Assembly (NCBI GenBank): GCA_951406725.2
Contig: OX597816.1
Span: forward strand, 111,228,001 to 111,292,000
DNA from: Octopus vulgaris
Taxonomy: Eukaryota
DNA length: 64,000 nt
Direction: 5' to 3'
Part shown: positions 1 through 12,270 of the stretch, piece by piece
Position numbering within the stretch: position 1 is the stretch's first letter
Layout of the letters: each line of letters begins with the position of its first letter
Notes under the pieces: model-generated
The model's database searches: none
What the model was told of the DNA's origin: nothing
The model's input: only the letters and a program-made list of their open reading frames with translations
Position numbers and translations under genes: made by a program

Positions 1-1139
1 AACTTTAATACCGATACAGTTAATGCGATTTTAAAAATAAGATGTCGATAAGTGATAAAAATAAGATACGGTATTAACAGAAACAACATTTCATTCTCTT
101 GGTATGAAGTTTTACTTTGGAGCTTAGTTGGCTATGGATAACTTACAACGTTTAAGTAGCTAAACGTAAGCCACTGGGTAGATCAGAAAAGTTAAAACTG
201 ACGTTTATAGTGTACGTCATTTGCCACTTTAAGAATTTACATTGTTAAGGAAATGATCTATTATATACGTAATTAAGAATGATCAGTGAGTTACAAGGAA
301 GCGCGCAGCTGATGATTTTAGTACACGCTGCTCATCAGTGGGTATAAAATAGCAAAATGGAATAGTTTGCTGAGAGTGGCTGAGGTGTAACAGATACCTT
401 TTAAATGATCATGTGTATTAATTTTCAATGCAGTTGTGGATATACAAGAAGTTATTTCTGCTCTAAGGTACAAGAATATTTTCAGGTTCATGCTGCTATT
501 TAAAACTACAAAGCCAAATAAATTGGAAATACCATTCTCGTGAAAAACAATAGAATCGTTAGTAGCAGAAAAAATAAAGTAATTAACCACGCCTATGCAG
601 TGAGAATGGCTTTCGTTAAATTAAACAGCTTTTTGCAAACACTTACCACTCTTTATGTAAATTCATCAATGAAGAATATACTGAAGAAGAACTTACCTGA
701 TTAGTAGTAAGAATATTATTATATTGGTGTACACTAATGTGCATGAGTAGGTATCAAATAATTTCATAATGAATGTGAGAAATTACCCAGATAACAAACT
801 TCTCTATATATGATAATTTAGCTAATGCGACTGTGCTCAATGTACTGAAAGAAATGTAATTAATAATAATTATTATTTGATCAAAAGAAGGTAATATGAG
901 GTCAGGGATAAGTATTATCTTAGTCCGATTTTGGCAAAAACAGGCGATTGATTACTCTGCATGTGTTACAGTCGTATTACACCACTTCAAGGAAGTGTTG
1001 CATCCTCCGCTTCTGTTTGATTAGTGTTAGAGAATCACTATATATACGTACAGTAACATAAACAAAAAGGTGATATTACCCGACGACAAGATCCACGCAA
1101 AATGTGACAGTAAAGACAGTATAATTCTGTAGTGGGGAA

Positions 1140-1140
<1 letters not shown>

Positions 1141-1228
<88 letters not shown>

Positions 1229-1247
1229 TAATAATAATAATAATAAA
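1141..1247. repeat. (AAT)n microsatellite, target/flank of the downstream R4/Dong LINE
   Basis: Near-perfect ATA/AAT run read directly; LINE coding sequence starts immediately after it. Confidence 0.97.
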
Positions 1248-3606
1248 CTGAAGGATCCTACCAAAATTTACAACAACAACCATGGGAAGACATCACAATA
1301 GCAGACCTAAGAAAGGCACTCACGAAGGCCCATAATTGGAAATCCCCCGGTAAAGATAGGGTGCCGAATTTCTGGCTCGCATCGCTCCCATGCGCACACG
1401 GTAAGCTAGTTCAGCTGCTCAATCGAATTATGAGAGACCCAAAGAAAACACCTGAATGGTTAGCAAGTGGCATTACTTACCTACTCCCAAAGAATAACGA
1501 AACCAACCTTCCAAATAACTATCGGCCTATAACCTGTCTATCCACCACGTATAAAATCCTAACATCTATCCTGGCGGAGAAAACATATGCATTCATGGAG
1601 AAGAACGATATTTTCCCCATTGAACAAAAAGGGTGCCGCCGAGGCTCTTACGGATGCAAAGATCAACTGCTAATCAATCGTATGATCCTTGAGAACTGTC
1701 ACAACAAGCGCAGAAATCTCAGCACCGCATGGATTGACTATAAAAAGGCCTTCGACAGTATACCGCATCCATGGATCTTGAGATCGCTGGACATCTTCAA
1801 GATTTCCCCTGTGATTTCAAACTTCCTGAACCACAATATGTCGTTGTGGAATACGAATCTCCAATTATACCACTCTAATGGAGTACTTGCCTCAGAAAAT
1901 ATAAACATCAACTGTGGAATTTTTCAAGGTGACTCACTTTCACCTTTAATATTCTGCATAGCCCTAATACCCCTGACAAGTGAATTAAACAGAACAGGGT
2001 ATGGGTATAAAATTGCCAATAAAAAAAATAAGCCATCTATTTTATATGGATGACTTAAAACTTTATGGTAAAGATAATAATGAACTTGAAGGCCTATTGC
2101 GCACTGTGAAAGCATTCAGCGATGACATCGGGATGGAGTTTGGACTTGAGAAGTGTGCCAAGGCCACTTTCCAGAAAGGGAAAGTGAAGAACACAAATTC
2201 AGTCGTGTTAGATGTTTACACAGTCATAAGAGAGCTTGAGCAAGAACAAACATACAAATATTTAGGGATAAATGAAGGCTCTGGTATTCAGCATGCAAGC
2301 ATGAAAGAGAAAATCAGGAAGGAATGTTGTAGGAGAGTTCGTGCAGTCCTGAAATCTGAACTAAATGCACGTAACAAGGTGTTAGCTATAAATTCCTTAG
2401 CAGTTCCAGTTGTTACTTATAGCTACAATGTGTTGAACTGGAATATGAGTGAAGTAAAGAATATAGATAGAAAAATACGCAAGCTGCTGAGTTGTAATAG
2501 GATGCACCACCCAAAGGCAGACGTAGATCGCCTTTACCTTCCCAGAGCCCAAGGAGGTCGCGGCCTGATCCAATTTGAACTAGCTTACAAAACAACCACA
2601 ATTGGACTGGCCAAATATCTCGAAATATCGAATGACTGGATGCTAAAGCTCGTGGAAAATCACAAGAGACGAAAGAAGCTTCATTCTATCATAAAGGAAA
2701 GCAAAAAATTTGCTATTGATCTCGTGCAGGATACCCAAACTGAACAACCCGAGGGAAGTACGGCAACTATTGTTGCAAAGAAGGTGAAAATGATGGCAAT
2801 GAAAAAAGCGCACGAGCAATTGGCTGATAGGTGGGAGGAGAAACCTCTGCACGGCAAATATGTGGCACGCAGCAAACAAGCTGATGTTGACCAGAAGCAA
2901 ACCCATCAGTGGCTACGGAGCTCAGGGCTAAAAGCAGAGAGCGAAGGTTTCATCCTGGCTGCTCAAGATCAAAGCCTATTAACCCGGAACTACCAGGCCA
3001 ATGTGATGAAAAATGGAGCAGACCCAAAATGCCGATTCTGCAACGACATGATTGAAACAGTGGACCACCTAATCTCTGGATGTAAAGTCTTAGCACCAGT
3101 GGAGTATAAATTAAGACATGACAGAGTTGGCCAATATCTCCACTGGCTAATAAGTCGGCATTACAATATCAAAACTGCCGACAAGTGGTATAATCACCAT
3201 CCTGAGGCTGTAACTGAAGGAGAAAATGTAACCATTCTGTGGGACTTTCCAGTACATACAGACCGAACCATCAAGGCCAATAAACCAGATATTGTTGTGA
3301 AAGACCAAAACAATAAAGTGTGCTTATTGATCGACATGAGCATCCCCTGTGATCATAATATCTGTGATCATAATAGCGAAAGAGTTTGACAAGCTCAGAA
3401 AATATAAAGACCTACTCATTGAAATTGAGAAAATGTGGCATCTCAAGGCGGTTACAATACCAGTGATCGTAGTAGCACTAGGAATGATCAAGAAGGGAAC
3501 CGAAAATTATATGAGAATGATCCCTGGCTTACCATCCCTGCAAGAAGTGCAAAAGATAGTCTTAACTGGTACATCACACGTATTGAGAAGAGCATTGTCG
3601 ATGTGA
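1248..3606 (+). pseudogene. RT-RLE ORF of the Dong-like element, disrupted by two frameshifts
   Basis: ORFs 1361-2053, 2001-3389 and 3349-3606 join into one protein. Breaks are an extra A in the A8 run at 2021-2028 and a duplication of ctgtgatcataata at 3347-3360/3362-3375. Confidence 0.88.
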
Positions 3607-3782
3607 GAACTGTTGCTGCTCATGTATTTTAATTTAACTTTTAAAAAAATCAACAAAAAAATCAACGAACTATTGAGTTTGGTTTAATGGCCTACCAATG
3701 TATACTATGAGTTTCTTTGCCCTAGGAGTCGGGAAGACACTCGGCAAGAAATGGAAGCAAATTTGAAAGAAGAAAAAAAAAA
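1248..3782 (+). mobile_element. 5'-truncated R4/Dong-clade non-LTR retrotransposon (RT + restriction-like endonuclease)
   Basis: Motifs NWKSPGKD, YRPITC, WIDYKKAFDS, GIFQGDSLSP and YMDD; CCHC knuckle CRFC...HLISGC; RHD, KPDIV and K..KY RLE motifs. A 3' UTR ends in an A-rich tail followed by (TAA)n at ~3783-3806. Flanked by TAA repeats on both sides. Confidence 0.93.
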
Positions 3783-3806
3783 GTAATAATAATAATAATA
3801 ATAATA

Positions 3807-4872
3807 CTTCAGAATGAAGGAAAACTGATACAAATAGCGGCAAAACACGAGCAAAACAAGAAAATCTTCCCAGTATTTAAGGAAGCTGACAAATACAAAC
3901 AGGAAATCATACCACCTAACAAATATGAAGAAGATGAACAACAAAAGCTATAAAACAAAGGAAATCCAAACTAAAACTAGAACAGCAACGAACCATGATA
4001 AAACGATGGCAAGAAAAGCCACTTCATGGCAAATACTGGACTAAACTAAATGCAAAAGAAATAGACAAAGAAAAATCACAGCAATTGTTGAGAAGCTCAG
4101 GACATAAAGCAGAGACAGAGGGAGTTTTAATTGCAGCACAAGACCAAAGCCTCCCCACCAGAAATTAACAAAATCATGTAATGAAAAGAAATATAACAAG
4201 TAACTGCAGAATATGTGGAGATGCAAGAAACAATAAATCATATTATCTCTGGCTGCCCAGTCCTGGCTAAGAAGGAATATATTCACAGACACGACAGAGT
4301 TGGGACATACATACACTGGAAACTATGCCAACATTATGGAATAACAATAGAAAAAGATGGTATAAGCACACAACAGAAAAGGCCACAGAAAACGTGAAAG
4401 CAACCATACTCTGGGATATGCCAGTACACACAGATAGAGAAATTAAGGCCAACAGACCAGATATAGTTGTCAGAGATCATGAAGAAAAAAAATGCTTTCT
4501 AATTGATGTATCAATACCAGCAGATGACAACGTGTCTCTAAAAGAAATGGAGAAACTTTCAAAATACAAAGACCTGGAAACAGAGGTAACCAGAATGTGG
4601 AATCTAAAAACAGAAACAATTCCTATCATAGTAGGTGCATTAGGCGTGATAAAAAAAATATTCAGACAAATACATAACAAAAACACCAGGACTTACAAAC
4701 ACATATAACATACAGAAAATTGCACTACTAGGCACTGTACACATCCTACGCAGAATACTTTCCATACAGTAACCATCAGAGCATCACAACAAATCACAGC
4801 ACATACCCAAGGTACACAGAGCTGCGCACGGTAGTGAAGTGAAAGCACGCTATAAAAATAAAACTACTGAAT
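3807..4872 (+). mobile_element. Second 5'-truncated R4/Dong-type LINE (different subfamily), in tandem with the first
   Basis: Broken frames encode ETINHIISGCPVLAKKEYIHRHD, TILWDMPVHTDREIKANRPDIV and KLSKYKDL. The 3' UTR differs from the first copy and ends in aataatgataataataat. Confidence 0.9.
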
Positions 4873-4886
4873 AATGATAATAATAA

Positions 4887-5115
4887 TTCTTTACTGCCCA
4901 CAAGGGGCTAAGCATAGAGGGGACAAACAAGGACAGACAAAGGGATTAAGTCGATTACATCGACCCCAGTGCGAAACTAGTACTTTATTTATCGACCCCG
5001 AAAGGATGAAAGGCAAAGTCGACCTCGGCGGAATTTGAACTCAGAACGTAACGACCGACGAAATACCGCTAAGCATTTCGCCCGGCGTGCTAACGTTTCT
5101 GCCAGCTCGCCGCCT
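4887..5115 (-). mobile_element. tRNA-derived SINE (family A), full length
   Basis: Minus strand reads ggcggcgagcTGGCAGAAACGttagc...GTTCAAATTccgccgaggtcgactttgcctttcatcctttcggggtcgataaa..., with A/B-box-like head. Highly similar to the copy at 28683-28908. Confidence 0.88.
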
Positions 5116-5153
5116 ATTACGTAATAGCAATAATAATAATAATAACAATAATC

Positions 5154-5156
<3 letters not shown>

Positions 5157-5213
<57 letters not shown>
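5157..5213. repeat. (AGT)n microsatellite
   Basis: Direct reading. Confidence 0.95.
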
Positions 5214-5214
<1 letters not shown>

Positions 5215-5374
5215 TGTTATGGCTTTGCTTCAATTTATAGGGCCTGCACCTAGTTCCAGGCAGTGACGTCAAAGAATAAGATTTTGCATCTAAAGATGCT
5301 AACAAGTGAAGTGCCTTGCATTTGTCTGTGTTTTAAAAAAATGTATAACATTGATTGATTAAGGATTACATTTC

Positions 5375-6260
5375 CTTTGAAAGAAATTTACGTAAAATTT
5401 GTACGGTACCCACAAGTATGATCTCCTGGAATTCATTAACTTCGGGGCTGCCGGGAAATTAGTCAACATATTTGTTTGTTATATTTAATATAATTCCAAA
5501 TGCTCCAAACATAACAAATAATGTTTCTGCTTTGAGATGCCACATTCTTCAATCTCCAAGTTCTCGTATTTGCTCAATTTCTCAAACGTTTTCGGAGATG
5601 TATTTTCGTCAGCTGAGATTGAAACATCAATCAAAAGATGATTTTCAAACTGATTTCTCACTATGATATCTAGTCCTTTATCCTGAATTTTCTAATGAGT
5701 CTGAACACAGTAATTCAGAAAGATATGCTAAATTTAGCATTGTGCAGAATTTGTGGTGGTTTGCGCTCCCACCAATAATCTTTGTGATGAGGGTTGTATG
5801 TCTGACATATTGACCAGAGTATGTACTGCGCTACCCTGTCATGCCTTTGCAAGTGCTCTGTTGGTTCTAGTCGGCTGGTTCCAGATATCAAGTGGTTGAT
5901 TTTCTCTGGATGTTCTCCGCATAAAAAATATGGTGGGTTGCTTTCATGTTTCAAAATATTACACTGGTAGTTCCTAGCTGCAGGCTCCGATCTTGAGCAG
6001 TTTTAATACACCATTCAGATTTCGGCTTGAGACCAAAGCATTCAGCCACTGGTGTGAGTTTGGTACACATCAGGCTCCTTGACTCTAGTCAGGTACTTGC
6101 CATGCACTGGTTTTTTTATCCCATTTCTCATTAGTGCATTGAATATTAGTTTGTTTGGCGTCTTTGTTTTGTGGGTGGGGCAATCCTTTCCAGTTGGAGA
6201 CACAGTTTCTTCGTGTACACTGGTTCATCTAATTTCATTTACCGAAGGTAAATTATCGCA
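5375..6260 (-). mobile_element. Degraded R4/Dong-type LINE 3' fragment
   Basis: Minus ORF 5715-5954 (LCGEHPEKINHLISG...RHDRVAQYILW) aligns by eye with the knuckle/RHD region of the 1248 element. Flanking frames give decayed PVHGKY, SHQW and MWHLK motifs. Confidence 0.8.
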
Positions 6261-6517
6261 TTTTTTGTCACAGATTGCAAAGTTTAGACATTATCATCAT
6301 CAGGTAGGTAGAAGTCCCATGGTTGCGATTTTCAATGAGAGATGAGATAAGTTGAGATTATATTACGGCCAGCATGGCCGTAATCTAATGACTGAAACAA
6401 GTAAAAGATAACCGCCATCTTTTCTCAGAAGATATATTCAGTCTTATGTCGGTGATGCATATGCTGTTTAGGATGGTTAGTATAAAGGCACGATGCTTGA
6501 TATTAGTTTGGAAGAGG

Positions 6518-7262
6518 CACCATCACGCTAAAAATAGCAACCAGAAGGTGACTACAACCACACATTTTCACCGATACACATTAATTGAAATCAGGAGAAT
6601 GAGCAAAAATTCTAAGTTCCCATACCCATAACAAAAAGAATCGTAAATTAAAATCGTCACGATTTCAAACTTTGTGAAAACGTCACTTAATTATCCTCAG
6701 CGAGTTTCACTGACACGACCGTAATAAAATCTGCTCATTTCAAACAGTGTGTATGATTACCCTATTTAAAGCCGTAGCAAATTTTGAAAGCTGATCAAAG
6801 TGAATAATAAATAGTAAAAAAATATATTTAAATATAAGGATATTATTGTAAACAATAATATCAAGTGGTATAGCATGCGTAAAAAAACATCAAAGTAATT
6901 CCATAAAGTAAAAACTTATTAATTAATAATTAAGGGTGCTACGAGTGGCACCAGCACGCTAAGAAAAAACAGCCAGAAGACGACTACAAGTACAAAGTTT
7001 CACTGATACACCTTAATTAAACAAAGATACGGGTGTCTGGCTTTTCAATTTACGTTTCTTTTCGTTATTGATGTGGGGGCTTAGAATATCTGCTCCTTTC
7101 CCCGATTTCAACTTATGTGGATCAGTGTAAATTTGTGGTTGTAGTCATCTTCTGCTCGCTATTTTAGTGTTGGTGCAGCTTGTAGCAGCCTGAACTTTTA
7201 ATTAATAAACTTTTACCTTATGGCATTACATTGATGGGTTTTTTACGCATGATAAACCTCGT
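6518..7262. repeat. Degenerate fold-back (inverted repeat) with an extra direct partial copy
   Basis: 6862-7015 is the diverged reverse complement of ~7105-7262. 6518-6655 is the diverged reverse complement of ~7040-7176. Confidence 0.75.
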
Positions 7263-7794
7263 TACTTTGCAGATCATCATAATTAATACAATGGAACTGT
7301 CCGTATCATTTAAAAACTTTGCTTGTGTTACAAGAAGCAGGCCTTTCTTTAAGGCGTGTAGTATGTGCAAAATTCATATGACACCTATTCAGTGAAAATT
7401 ACTTGCCAGCTTTCTTTGCAGGAATGAAGCAACTTTCCATACATGTAGAAAAAAAAACGCTAAAATTTGGGCATATGAATATTCACTGATCTCTCTAATC
7501 TTGATAACTAACAAAATTTTATCTCCTATTTTGATTTCCAGCAAAAAGATTCATTAATAATACATCGCTGTCTACTGTGTTGATAAGTCTCTTTTCTAAA
7601 ACAATTTTATCAACAATGATATCAATAGGTCACGTCTCCCACTTCCATCCTTCTATACACTAACGAACTCGTTATCCTATCTACACCTCTCTTTGTTTCA
7701 GACACATAGACGCTATCAACATCGAACATGTGTGTACAAAATCTGTAGTGCAGCTTCTTTATTTATTGCAATCATATAATCTTCTTTACTATAA

Positions 7795-8480
7795 GTACAA
7801 GACTTGGGGTCGATGTAATCTACTTACCCATTTCCCGAACTTACTGACCTTGTGCCAACATTTGAAACCATTATTATCATAGTTGAGGCATCCAGCTAAC
7901 AGATTCTAATTATCATAATTAGGGAGGCGATCTGGCAGAATCGTTATAACACGGATAAAATGCTTAGCGGCATTATCTTTATGTTCTGAGTTCAAATTCT
8001 GCCGAGATCGAACTTGCCTTTTATCCTTTAGGAGTCGATTAAATAAGTACCTTTGGAATACCGCGGTCCATGTAATCGACTTATCCCACACCACCACCAA
8101 GAATTTTCAGATCATGTGCCTATAATAGAAAGGATTAGCTTTATAATTTAGGAGGTGAGCTACCAGAATTGTTAGCACACCGGGCAAAATACTTAGCGAC
8201 ATTTCATCCATCTTCCGAGGTCGATAAAGTAAGTAGCAGCTTTGTGCTAAAATTTGACATAAATATTATTGTAATTTGGGAGGCGATCTAGTAGAATCGT
8301 TAGTACGCCGGACAAAATGATTAGCAGCATTTTGTCCGTCTTTATGTTCTGAATTCAAATTCCGCCAAGGTCGACGTTGCCTTTCATCCTGGTCAATAAA
8401 ATAACGCTGGGGTCGATGTAATCGACTTAACCCCTCCCTTGAAAGTACTGGCCTTGTGCCAAAATTTGAAATCAATATCA
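7795..8480 (+). mobile_element. Head-to-tail array of 3-4 degraded family-A-related SINE units
   Basis: Heads ggaggcgatctggcagaatcgtt at ~7921, ~8150 and ~8278; cores gagttcaaattc..gccg/ggggtcgatgtaatcgact; tails ccttgtgccaaaatttgaaa at ~7850 and ~8455. Confidence 0.78.
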
Positions 8481-10230
8481 TTATTATAATTTCATATTAA
8501 AACACTTGTTTGTGGCTTAAAAGAGCTGTCACAGTTTTCGAACGATGTAAAGGTCAAAATGTTTACAAAATTCAGTATCACGTCACAAATTTGTCAGTTC
8601 AAATACCAAATTAATGTTAATAATTCCAAGCACTCATTTGGCATGGAAAATCCACTACCCACAATAAGAGAGAAAACGATAAATTTAGTTAGTGTCACAC
8701 AGCAATGCCTTAATTTAATTAAAAACGAACCGGATCTTGTGCAAAACAAATAACATAGAAACACAGCTTTAAAATGTTGTGGCATGAATTATTAAAGCAT
8801 GATATACAAAGTGTTTACTGTTGTTTTTATACAAGACATCAGCACGTTTAACATTGTTTCCATAGAAAAATAAATTGAAACTAAATATAATTCAAATGTT
8901 GAAAATTAATGTCTATAATTTACAAATTGGGATAATGATTTATAATTTTCTTCAAGATCTTGATATAGAAACAGTGTAACATTTCAGCTAGCAGTAATAT
9001 TGTAATATTATAAAGGTGGGGAATTGAGAAATGTTTTGGAATGTAATATTACCACTGGCAGCAATACATTAATTGGTTAAATTGTGTTAGTTAAGAATGA
9101 ATTAGAATTTATAATCAAATGTCAAGATATTAGTTCTTGATACATCTACGGATGCACATAGACACGTCATCGGTGCTATATCCTGGCGTCACTGGGTATC
9201 TCGGGCCCGGGAACATACATTCATTCTATAGGATTCAAGAATTGATTAAACTATTGTCTGCTTCCTAAGCGATCGGTCACCCTATCCAAAACGATCGGTT
9301 ACCCTCTTTTAGCCCAAACTTTCTAGTTGGCTTCTCTTGCTTCCACTGCTCACCTTACGTTTCTACTCTCTTGTAAATTGGAACAATATACGATAAAGAA
9401 TTAACTACGAAAACAATACCACTATCTTGGAATATCAAAAACGCAGTTCCCTATCATACACTTACTCGTTCACGTCTGTTTCACTTTTCTGATTTATCTC
9501 CAAATTAACTCTGATCCATTGAACCAATTACCCCATCGTTTCAAGGATGTACACCGTTACATTATCTAATAAGTTCGTTTTCTTTCGATAAAAAGTGTGC
9601 TTAATCAGGTTTGCGTGCTAAATATGAGTGTGCTTAATCAGGTTTCAGATCCGGAAATCTATTAAGCCCGTGACAATAAACTTTAAAATACTGATGGATA
9701 CAACAAAATTACTTTCTAAAATATCTAAGATGGTGATTAATTTGGTGCACACTTCACACTTCAGTTCTTAGTTTACTTGGTACATCATTAATCAACCACC
9801 AAGTAGGGATGAGAAGCTAAGTCTAGCAAGGTAGGTTTTTGTTTCAGAAAGTAAATGCAACAATGTATGTGTGCATTTGACCAAATCTACTAAATAACCC
9901 AACCATCATCAGTCGATTTTTAATATGCTGAAATACAGAAAGTATAATTTAATACTAATTATTATTGCTATTATAATATACACAAAAGAGTTCATCACGA
10001 TACATACACAAGATGGTTGCTTAAAATCAGAGAATTATATGACACATACATAATGATCAAGAATAACCATTTATTATAAACACATTTCTTATTTAACTTT
10101 CCCGTTATTAGATTTTAACCTAAAACACACACAAATATATATCTATATATGCTTTCGGTGCGAATGGTTTTGTTATACGGTGCCGAGAATTACAAGCCTG
10201 TAAATAATAATAATAATAATAATGGGATTC

Positions 10231-10526
10231 ATATAAGCTTAAAGCTTTTAGCGATCACTGTGCAATGGCTAAGTAAAATAGGCTAATAATGGGGCATATT
10301 AGCCCTCGGCAGAAAAAAAGTAGGCTTTCCCATCTGTGTGGGACTCAAACACACATCGGTCTGTTAACGTAACTGTGTTGCCATTACACCAGTGAATTAG
10401 CCTCCCCGTTCGAGTTACACTCGGATGGGAAAGCCTATTTTTTTCTGTTGAAGGTTTATATGCCCCATTATTAGAATATTTTCCTTAATCGTTGCACGGT
10501 GATCGCTATAAGCTCTAAGCTAATAT
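10231..10526. repeat. Fold-back element, ~120-bp arms around a loop with a tRNA-like head
   Basis: 10231-10350 is the diverged reverse complement of 10408-10526 (e.g. taataatggggcatat/atatgccccattatta; taggctttcccatc/gatgggaaagccta). Confidence 0.85.
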
Positions 10527-10540
10527 AATTATACAATTAT

Positions 10541-10586
<46 letters not shown>

Positions 10587-10674
10587 AGGAAATTTTTTTT
10601 TAAAAATGTAGAATGCTCAAATGAAAGAAAATTTTAATAAAATGAGAAAATGATAAAATATATAAATATATATT

Positions 10675-10715
10675 TATTCAACCGGTTTTCGTCATTGTAT
10701 GACTTGTCAAGAATA
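10675..10715 (-). ncRNA. Mirror copy of the pseudo-LTR hammerhead-like motif
   Basis: Reverse complement of 12903-12943, within the left inverted arm. Confidence 0.55.
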
Positions 10716-11400
10716 TTTATGTTTTAAGAAGTTTTTTTAAAAATTAGAAAGGGGAAAAAACGAAAATTGCATTGTTTTTTGTAAAAGAATAATGATAAAA
10801 ATGTACAAAAATTGAAAAATAAGTTCTCCGATACATTGTGAGTTCGTTGTGTATCTTGAGTTTCATGGTTGTTTACCAAAAAATTACCTTGAGGTGTTAA
10901 GATCCAAAGGGATTAAGAGCATGTGATGTGTTGTGTTGTTAAATTCAGCATGTTGCAGGACAGGAAGTAGTAGTAATTGTGGTCCTGGTTCTTCAGTTCC
11001 TGTGTTGTGAGTAAGGGGAGACAACTCTTTTGAGTTCTTCAATAAAACCCAAATTATAAAACTATCATTTTAGCTTCATTTGCATTATCTTTTTTATATA
11101 ATTGCTTGTTAACTTAACTTTCAGATTTTAACACTTTATTTATATTATTTTCTAATAATATAAATCTGCATAGACAATTGCATTTCAAATTGTCATATCA
11201 TTTATAATAAAAATGATAGTAATAACAACAATAGTAAAAATGATATTTAAAGAATATAAGTTTTAGCTTGAAGTGATGAATGCATGGTATCTTTATATAT
11301 TTGTGTTAGTCCATCCATGAAGAGTGAGGTAGAGAAAGGAAGTTTGATCAACGAGGAGTTTGCATATTAAGTTGTGTTTGGAATTTTTCAATAAAGAGAA

Positions 11401-12270
11401 CAACAATACCTCCTCTTTAGTTCATGCCACCCAAAACACACCAAGACAAATATCCCTTTCAATTTAGCTAAAAGGGTATGCACCATTGTCTCGGATCCAA
11501 AAACACGAGAAATACGCCTTCAAGACCTCAAAAAAACACTATTACAACGTCAATATCCATCCACCCTTATAGAGTATGGAATAAAACGCGCCAAAGAACT
11601 AGACAACACTACACTGAAAACCACCCAACCTAACACCACACACAACCTCAAAATACTTCCATACATTTCCACCCACAACCCCAAAAATATCGAAGCATAC
11701 ACCACAATCATACAAAACCTCAGTCTACTGTCAACAGACCCAAAAATGAGAAGAAATATAAATACACACAAAATCCTCAAATGCAAAAGGCAACACAAAT
11801 CTTTAAAAAAACTCTTGACAAATGCCAAACTTCACACACCACATCCACCCCCAACAGTAAAAAAATGTGCACGCTCAAACTGTGGTACCTGCCCCTTTCT
11901 ACTTGAAGGCTCTGAATTTACCTTCAAACAAGGTACGAAGTTTAAAATCAAGACTAACTTCTCCTGTTCCTCCGAGAACCTTATCTACGTTCTCACATGC
12001 GCTGGTTGCCAACATAATTATGTTGGACAAACGAGTCTCCCGTTACGTAAACGAGTAACGGTGCATAAAGAACAAATAAATCTCCCGGAATACCGACAAA
12101 TTCCACTGAGTGACCACTTAGACTCATGTGCTAAAGACTTAAACCCCAAATTCTATATATTCCCCTTCTACCAATGTAAAGACGGGATCACCACACAGGA
12201 GAGAATTAACAAGGAGAATCTCTTTATTGAAAAATTCCAAACACAACTTAATATGCAAACTCCTCGTTGA
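11401..12270 (+). CDS. 5'-truncated Penelope-like ORF: RT thumb, Cys-rich linker and GIY-YIG endonuclease
   Basis: Stop-free frame from 11401 (QQYLLFSSCHPKHTKTNIPFNLAKRVCTIVSD...) through CARSNCGTC, NLIYVLTCAGCQHNYVGQT and R..E..FI to the stop at 12270. The RT catalytic core is absent. Confidence 0.88.
   Translation, partial: QQYLLFSSCHPKHTKTNIPFNLAKRVCTIVSDPKTREIRLQDLKKTLLQRQYPSTLIEYGIKRAKELDNTTLKTTQPNTTHNLKILPYISTHNPKNIEAYTTIIQNLSLLSTDPKMRRNINTHKILKCKRQHKSLKKLLTNAKLHTPHPPPTVKKCARSNCGTCPFLLEGSEFTFKQGTKFKIKTNFSCSSENLIYVLTCAGCQHNYVGQTSLPLRKRVTVHKEQINLPEYRQIPLSDHLDSCAKDLNPKFYIFPFYQCKDGITTQERINKENLFIEKFQTQLNMQTPR

Noticed and set aside
9594-9645. 18-bp direct repeat gtgtgcttaatcaggttt with a 15-nt spacer
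   Set aside because: Only two copies; an ordinary local duplication. The duplications at ~41387-41429 and ~48778-48843 are similar.
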